From: Anaerolineae bacterium
GTDB lineage: Bacteria; Chloroflexota; Anaerolineae; Aggregatilineales; J027
Direction of reading: 5' to 3'
DNA: 64,000 nt
Assembly (NCBI GenBank): GCA_034437655.1
Contig: DAOTTU010000055.1
Coordinates: 19,001 to 83,000, forward strand
The stretch's first letter is position 1; every line of letters starts with the position of its first letter. Under the pieces are notes generated by a model that searched no databases, was not told where the DNA came from, and was given only the letters and a program-made list of their open reading frames with translations. This document shows, in pieces, positions 55,596 to 61,536 of the stretch. The position numbers were made by a program, and so were the translations under genes.

Positions 55596-55737
55596 TAAAT
55601 TACCTCCTTGTGGTTTCAGGTTTTTGTTTCAGGATTCGATTCTCATGATAGGCTGACCGCATAAGAAAAATTTATGAGCTGTGTAAAAACACTATCGGAA
55701 CTGCATAAACAATTTATATGCAACCCGACACGGTGAT

Positions 55738-56427
55738 TTAGCTGCGTTTACCAACTACCGCGCGCCCCCATTGCCCCGTCAGATGAAAGCTGCTGAGGAT
55801 TAGCGCTGCAAAGCTAAAGCTCAACGGAAATATCAACACCAACAGCACAAACAAGCCCACCAACGGTGCAATAAACAACAATGCGCCGATGGCAACCACC
55901 GCTGCACCTTGCAGCCCAAAGAGGAGAAGCATCAGCAAACTATTGAGCCATAGCGCAAACACTGTATCGAGGTTTTCGGTCAGGTCTTGCATACGGTCGG
56001 GGATGTTGAAGAACTCGACCACATCTGTGGTTTGGGCAAACCATGCCAGTGCAGATGAAAAAAGTGCGTTCGCAACCAGGGTGTAGGACACCAATAATAT
56101 GCCGACACAACACAAAAAAATCAGCAGCACCTCATTACCACCAAGCCAACTCACCAGCGCTGTCATGGCCGCAAAAAACAGCAGCGGCGCTGCATAAATC
56201 AAGAGGGCAATGGTGAGGTATAACCCTTGCTCCAGGTCTTTGCCGTAACGATCCCACGGTGGCAGTTGTTCACGGTTGCGCAGCGCACGTCGTGTCACGC
56301 GCACACCATACCCCAGCAAGATAGCCCACCCCACAACCGGCACGAATAACAGCATGGTTGCAACGAGGAGTGTATTAAACCAGTTGTCGGCCGCAAACGG
56401 ATACTGTAACGCCGCCATGATATTCAT
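55738..56427 (-). CDS. DUF4013-like membrane protein
   Basis: ALQYPFAADNWFNTLLVATMLLFVPVVGWAILLGYGVRVTR N-terminus and about 6 TM helices. Confidence 0.65.
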   Translation of the reverse strand: MNIMAALQYPFAADNWFNTLLVATMLLFVPVVGWAILLGYGVRVTRRALRNREQLPPWDRYGKDLEQGLYLTIALLIYAAPLLFFAAMTALVSWLGGNEVLLIFLCCVGILLVSYTLVANALFSSALAWFAQTTDVVEFFNIPDRMQDLTENLDTVFALWLNSLLMLLLFGLQGAAVVAIGALLFIAPLVGLFVLLVLIFPLSFSFAALILSSFHLTGQWGRAVVGKRS

Positions 56428-56479
56428 GCTGGATGGGTTCCCCCCGGGTAATAGCTATGCATCACGAATCGAATCAGGG

Positions 56480-57037
56480 TCAGCCAGCGCGTGTCCAAAT
56501 ACGATGCACCGTCATCTTGTCACGCATAAAGGGCAAGCGCATCTCGTGTCGGGAAATCTGCACCACCTCAAGGTCACCAACATCACCGAGCGTTGTAATA
56601 TAACGTTGCAGCGCCAGGCCCGCAGGTTGAGACACAATCACAGCGACCACCGAAAGCGTCAACATCGCAGGGAGCCGCGCCATGCGATCGGCCCAATTCG
56701 CCGTGGTTCCTACAGTTCCCACCAGCGTTGCCAGGGTCGTCAAAAACCCCGTAGTCACGAGCCCGGTGCCGCAGTTGGGATGAACCGCCAGGCTATGTTC
56801 ACCGTTGCGCATCCGGTCGATGGCTTCTTCAACAGAAGCGCGAATGTCTTCGGTTTCAGCAGGTCCATAGATGAAAAAACCGTCCAGCACAGCACGGCCG
56901 CCGTGAATCTGAAGGTCTTTCACGCGGTGGGTCATCATGTGAACAGTGGCATGTTCTAGCCCGTGATTACGGCGCACGCGGCGCACAGGTGCAAAAACCA
57001 GCAGTGGGTGTAGTATCGTCGCGATAAATCGAATCAT
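56480..57037 (-). CDS. Small membrane protein with HxxEH and HPNCGT motifs (unknown function)
   Basis: 185 aa. RRNHGLEHATVHM near the N-terminus, AVHPNCGTG mid-protein, two or three hydrophobic helices. Confidence 0.55.
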   Translation of the reverse strand: MIRFIATILHPLLVFAPVRRVRRNHGLEHATVHMMTHRVKDLQIHGGRAVLDGFFIYGPAETEDIRASVEEAIDRMRNGEHSLAVHPNCGTGLVTTGFLTTLATLVGTVGTTANWADRMARLPAMLTLSVVAVIVSQPAGLALQRYITTLGDVGDLEVVQISRHEMRLPFMRDKMTVHRIWTRAG

Positions 57038-57265
57038 TGAGTTAGCTCTCTATGGAAAAATTGCGGTTGTGGGTCTATTCGTGCTGCGCCATCGTAACAG
57101 CATCAGCACCCGTAATCAAGATTGTAGCACCATCATGCGCTGATATAGGCGTTTGTCCATAGCCCTGAGTTCTCGTTCGCTATAATCTAATGCACGGTAT
57201 ACGCCTTGCGTTAGTTGCGGTACACTTCAGGATGCCTTTTATGGAACAACATGCAGGAGAACACA

Positions 57266-57778
57266 ATGTCGAAACAGTATAGTTCCCCCCCCGAAATGGT
57301 GATTGACCCCAGCAAGACCTACCAGGCCATTTTCAAAACTGAACGCGGCGACTTTACGGTTGATTTGTTCGCAGACAAAGCGCCCATTACCGTGAATAAC
57401 TTTGTCTACCTTGCCCGCGATGGGTTTTATGATGGCACAACCTTTCATCGTGTCATCAAAGGCTTCATGGTGCAGGGCGGTGATCCAACTGGCACCGGAC
57501 GCGGCGGCCCCGGCTATAAATGGAATGATGAAGCATCTGCGCTGAAGATTGCCCACGACAGCCCCGGGACGTTGAGCATGGCCAACGCCGGCCCCAATAC
57601 CAACGGCAGCCAGTTCTTCGTTACGCATGGACCAACGCCGCACTTGAATGGCAAGCACGCCGTCTTTGGACAGGTGTCTGATGGTATGGACGTTGTACTC
57701 TCCATTCGTGAACGTGACCCAATGTCTGACCCCAACCCCGGCGACACACTCAACAGCATCGAAATTGTCGAGTCCTAA
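57266..57778 (+). CDS. Peptidyl-prolyl cis-trans isomerase, cyclophilin type
   Basis: FHRVIKGFMVQGGDP, GTLSMANAGPNTNGSQFFV, HAVFGQV. ATG 57266 lies 5 nt after AGGAGA. Confidence 0.95.
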   Translation: MSKQYSSPPEMVIDPSKTYQAIFKTERGDFTVDLFADKAPITVNNFVYLARDGFYDGTTFHRVIKGFMVQGGDPTGTGRGGPGYKWNDEASALKIAHDSPGTLSMANAGPNTNGSQFFVTHGPTPHLNGKHAVFGQVSDGMDVVLSIRERDPMSDPNPGDTLNSIEIVES

Positions 57779-57867
57779 ATAGCCATCATCGTTTTATCAT
57801 TACAGCATCAGGCTCTCGCCATATCGCTCTTGGCAACGGCGGGAGCCACCATAGCGCAGGAGCCCCT

Positions 57868-59241
57868 TTGAGCAAGACATTCTTTAACCTTCACCGCCAC
57901 ACACTGTCCAACAACATGCACATCTGGTGTGTCCCCCGCCCCGGCACTGAAACCGTCGCATTACTGGCACAACTCCCGGTAGGTGTACGCACCGAAGCCC
58001 CAGAAAACAACGGCATTTCGCACTTTGTAGAGCATATGGTCTTCACAGGCACGGCCCGTTGGAACGAGTCCGACGTAACGGATGTTGTCCGGCGGCGTGG
58101 GGGCGAATGCAACGCACAGACATCACGCGAGGAAACGGCCTACTATGTCTACGTCTCTCGCGAGGACCTTGCCTTCGGCATAGAGTGGCTCGATCAGGTG
58201 CTATTCAAGCCAACGCTTACCGAAGAGAAGTTCGAAAAAGAGCGTCAGGTCATCATCAATGAAAAAGGGGGCGAAATTGATGCGTTACGACGTGCCTGGG
58301 AGTGGCTTGAAGACCGCAACCTCGGTTGGAGTGTAGATCGGGCCGCACGGCGACGACTATTCCCGGACTCGGCTTTCCTTATGCCTATCATCGGCACCGA
58401 CCACACGCTTAAAAACATGACGCATACCATGCTGCTTGACTATTACAACACGTTCTACGTGCCGCATAATGTCACACTATTGGTTGTTGGGGATGTTGAG
58501 CCGCAGACCATATTTGAAATGGCAGAACAGCAATTCGGCACCATTCCAGACCGCCCGTCACCCTCATCTATCAAGCCGGTGGCGGTCGATGACACACCCT
58601 TCACTGTGCGCTTGCATGGACCTACACCCAACCAGCAAGGTCAGTTCCTCATCGGCACAATGCTCGGTGACAGCAATGACCCGCGCCGCTTTGCGTGGTA
58701 TATCATCGGTGAGATGCTCGAAAATGTGTATATGCAGACCTTGCGCTATGAACAGGGGCTTTCCTACGATGTACAGGTCTACCCGGTACTGTACTCAGAT
58801 GTAGGGTATTTCAAAATCTATACCAGCGCTGATATTGAGCATTTCGCCACGGTTCGCACAACGATTGAACACCACCTGCAACGGCTCATCAACGGGAACT
58901 TCTCTGCCAGCGAGTTGCAAGAAGCCAAAGCCGCCCTGCGCGGACGGGCGCTACTCAACTTGCAAGACAACCTTGAGCTGGCATGGTGGCTGAGCAGTGA
59001 CGCGCTGGTGAACACAGACGACCACACGCCCATGATTGACTATTTTGAAGGGTTGGCCGCAGTTAGTGCCAAAGACATTCAACATATCGCCAGAACACAG
59101 TTTGCACCGGAAAAGCGCTTTTGTGTTGAGCATTATCCAATTCTCACCCCGCAAAAGCTCAAGCCCGTTGCAACCCTGAGCGCGATGAGCCTCGCCGGGG
59201 CCGCGTGGTTGCTCAAGCGTAATCGACGTAGAATATCCTGA
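57868..59241 (+). CDS. M16-family (pitrilysin/insulinase) zinc peptidase with C-terminal TM anchor
   Basis: Inverzincin motif GISHFVEHMVFTG and downstream E residues (REETAYYV). C-terminal LSAMSLAGAAWLL helix followed by KRNRRRIS. TTG start 5 nt after GGAG. Confidence 0.85.
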   Translation: MSKTFFNLHRHTLSNNMHIWCVPRPGTETVALLAQLPVGVRTEAPENNGISHFVEHMVFTGTARWNESDVTDVVRRRGGECNAQTSREETAYYVYVSREDLAFGIEWLDQVLFKPTLTEEKFEKERQVIINEKGGEIDALRRAWEWLEDRNLGWSVDRAARRRLFPDSAFLMPIIGTDHTLKNMTHTMLLDYYNTFYVPHNVTLLVVGDVEPQTIFEMAEQQFGTIPDRPSPSSIKPVAVDDTPFTVRLHGPTPNQQGQFLIGTMLGDSNDPRRFAWYIIGEMLENVYMQTLRYEQGLSYDVQVYPVLYSDVGYFKIYTSADIEHFATVRTTIEHHLQRLINGNFSASELQEAKAALRGRALLNLQDNLELAWWLSSDALVNTDDHTPMIDYFEGLAAVSAKDIQHIARTQFAPEKRFCVEHYPILTPQKLKPVATLSAMSLAGAAWLLKRNRRRIS

Positions 59242-59253
59242 TGGGGGCGGCTG

Positions 59254-60657
59254 GTGACTGACAATCCATACAATCCTTCGCGCCCAATTGCCGACCCGAC
59301 TCATTTTTTCGGGCGAGAGGACGCACTTGGTTTCTTGACACTGCATCTTTCTGGGCGACGGACTCATAAAGCGCTGGTCATCCTCGGGCAGCGTGGTATG
59401 GGCAAAAGTTCGCTGCTAACACAGGTGCCGCTTGTTGTTGATGAACGCTATCCCAGTGTGCGTATTGATGCTGCCGCGCTTGAACTGGATAACATCGTCG
59501 CGTTCGTCGCCACCATCGTTGACCGCACCCGCGCCATGATGAACGCCATCCAGGCCAGCACCTACCGTCTACCCGCATTCCCGGACCCAACCGACCCCGA
59601 TATTGATTTGCTGGGGTGGCTGGCAGACGAGTATTTCGAGATCGTATTCTCGGCCATTCGACGAGCCCGGCATCTGGTGTTGATGATCGACAACCTCAGC
59701 CCGATTCTTGACGCCATTGAACGTGGTGACTTTCCACCAGATTTTATGGACTACTGGCAAGACTTGCTTGAACACTATGAACAGCTAGACATGGTGGTGA
59801 CAGTCGATATTGCCGACGAAGCACGCATCCTCCAAACTGCGCCAATGGATGACACCAGCCTGCACTATCGTCTACAACACCTGTCCCCAGAAGAAGCGCG
59901 CCGCGCCCTGGTAGACCCTGCCCAGATGCATTATGGCTTCACCGAGGAGGCCATCGCGCAAATTTTGCGGCTAGCCGGGGGGCATCCTTACCATTTGCAG
60001 TCGATTGGGCATTTGCTGCACCGCCGCTGGGAAGAAGACCGCAACCGCATCAATATTATGACACCGCACGACGTCAACGCGATTTTTCCAGCCGCGTTAG
60101 AATTTGCCGGGGATACGATAGGCGATGTGTGGGAAATATTGCGCCCCAACGAACGGCTTATTCTCACCAGTCTTTTAGACCTCGGCGGCCCCGTGTTCCC
60201 TGACGACATTCAAGCATGGTTAATCAGCGCTGACCACGTACTGGACGATGTTCAGATTAGCGCAGCACTACGAGGACTGGAGTATTACGGCGTATTGCTC
60301 ACTAACGCGGATGGGGCTCATGGCTTTGCAGCCGAAATTCAAGCCGAATGGTTGCGTCATAAACAAGATATGCCAGCACCAACCACGAGTATTCCCCCGA
60401 CGGCTGAATCACCAAACTGGCTATACATCAGTGGAGGCGTGGCAGTGGTTGTCGTAGCGCTGGCGTTGCTACTGATATTCAATAATGGAGACGAACCCAA
60501 CGCGGACAATGCCAACGCGGCCGGGGCCACGATTACCCTTGAAACCGATGCACAGCGCACGCTCAATGCCGCTGAGACGATGACCGCCGCCCCTGTACCA
60601 ACGACGACACCGACATTGCTACCACCAGAAGCCCCTGTCTTTCGTTTCGGTGGCTAG
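59254..60657 (+). CDS. STAND-like P-loop NTPase with winged-helix module, single TM helix and short extracytoplasmic tail
   Basis: NPYNPSRPIADPTHFFGREDAL lead-in, Walker A GQRGMGKSSLL, Walker B HLVLMIDN, GGHPYHLQ motif, WH-like LRGLEYYGVLL, TM WLYISGGVAVVVVALALLLIF. GTG start 12 nt after the M16 stop. Confidence 0.65.
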   Translation: MTDNPYNPSRPIADPTHFFGREDALGFLTLHLSGRRTHKALVILGQRGMGKSSLLTQVPLVVDERYPSVRIDAAALELDNIVAFVATIVDRTRAMMNAIQASTYRLPAFPDPTDPDIDLLGWLADEYFEIVFSAIRRARHLVLMIDNLSPILDAIERGDFPPDFMDYWQDLLEHYEQLDMVVTVDIADEARILQTAPMDDTSLHYRLQHLSPEEARRALVDPAQMHYGFTEEAIAQILRLAGGHPYHLQSIGHLLHRRWEEDRNRINIMTPHDVNAIFPAALEFAGDTIGDVWEILRPNERLILTSLLDLGGPVFPDDIQAWLISADHVLDDVQISAALRGLEYYGVLLTNADGAHGFAAEIQAEWLRHKQDMPAPTTSIPPTAESPNWLYISGGVAVVVVALALLLIFNNGDEPNADNANAAGATITLETDAQRTLNAAETMTAAPVPTTTPTLLPPEAPVFRFGG

Positions 60658-60669
60658 GATCAGCGCATC

Positions 60670-61056
60670 ATGCCAGAAGAAACACGCTACGGGCATCTGA
60701 TGGACCACTGGCAAGCGGCTCGAGATGAAATGCGCCAGATTTTGATTGCCTGTGCCCGTCAACGCCAGACAATTACTTATGGCGAGCTTTCGGCACGTAT
60801 GCAAACGGTTCATCTGCCACCACACAGTTATGCAATGTCAGGGATGCTACGTGAGATTATCGACGAAGATCACCGCGACGAACGGGGGATTTTAGCGACA
60901 TTAGTTGTACGCAAGTCTGATGGACGACCGGGGCCGGGCTATTTTAAAAGTGCGATTGACCGGGGGCTTTCTCATGATGACCTCGAAGCCTATTGGCAGG
61001 CCGAGTTTGAGAAAGTCTGCGCGTATTGGTCACAGTCACACCACGACAAAGGGTAG
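60670..61056 (+). CDS. Small hypothetical protein, tentatively MGMT/ATL-like winged-helix fold without catalytic Cys
   Basis: 128 aa. QTITYGELSARM and ILATLVVRKSDGRPGPGYF resemble the TYGEIA and PCHRVV..G..GGY segments of the MGMT DNA-binding domain, but no PCHR motif is present. This assignment is weak. Confidence 0.4.
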   Translation: MPEETRYGHLMDHWQAARDEMRQILIACARQRQTITYGELSARMQTVHLPPHSYAMSGMLREIIDEDHRDERGILATLVVRKSDGRPGPGYFKSAIDRGLSHDDLEAYWQAEFEKVCAYWSQSHHDKG

Positions 61057-61058
61057 AG

Positions 61059-61502
61059 CTATTCATCGTCGTCGTAATCGCCATTGTCATCGGGTGCCTG
61101 ATCAAAAACTTCACTTACATCAGAATTTCCGGTTTCTTCATCACCCTCTGCTAAGTGCGGGTCAATGCTTTCAGCGGGTGCGGTGACATCCGAGGGCAGT
61201 GGGTCCAGCCGCAGCCACGTCTTCCCCACGCGAAACAGTTCACCGGGCTCAATCACAACTTTTTCATTTTCAGGGATACGCTCGTTGGACGCCAGAAACG
61301 TTCCGTTGCGGCTGCCCGTGTCTTCAATCCAAAACTGAGTGCCATCGTAGCTAAGGTGGGCATGTAAGCGCGAGGCCTGGCTGTCGTAGTGTAAACAGAC
61401 GTCGGTATCTTCACGGCGGCCGATGGTTAGAATAATAGATACGGTCGGCGCGGTGGGGTCAAGCGGAAAGGAAAGGGTATCGCCGTCACGCGGTCCGCTC
61501 AT
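61059..61502 (-). CDS. FHA-domain protein with acidic C-terminal tail
   Basis: LTIGRREDTDVCL, SRLHAHLSYDG, IEDTGSRNGTF, FRVGKTWL. ATG 61502 is preferred (34 nt after the upstream stop). The ORF-track start 61604 would overlap the kinase-TPR gene. Confidence 0.85.
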   Translation of the reverse strand: MSGPRDGDTLSFPLDPTAPTVSIILTIGRREDTDVCLHYDSQASRLHAHLSYDGTQFWIEDTGSRNGTFLASNERIPENEKVVIEPGELFRVGKTWLRLDPLPSDVTAPAESIDPHLAEGDEETGNSDVSEVFDQAPDDNGDYDDDE

Positions 61503-61536
61503 AAACGTTATCGAAATTTGAGTTAACAACACAGGG

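Noticed and set aside
57811-57847. Stem-loop GGCTCTCGCC-N17-GGCGGGAGCC between the cyclophilin and M16 genes, considered as a terminator.
   Set aside because: No T-run follows on either strand and the loop is long. It may fold in the RNA, but there is not enough evidence to call it a terminator or regulator.
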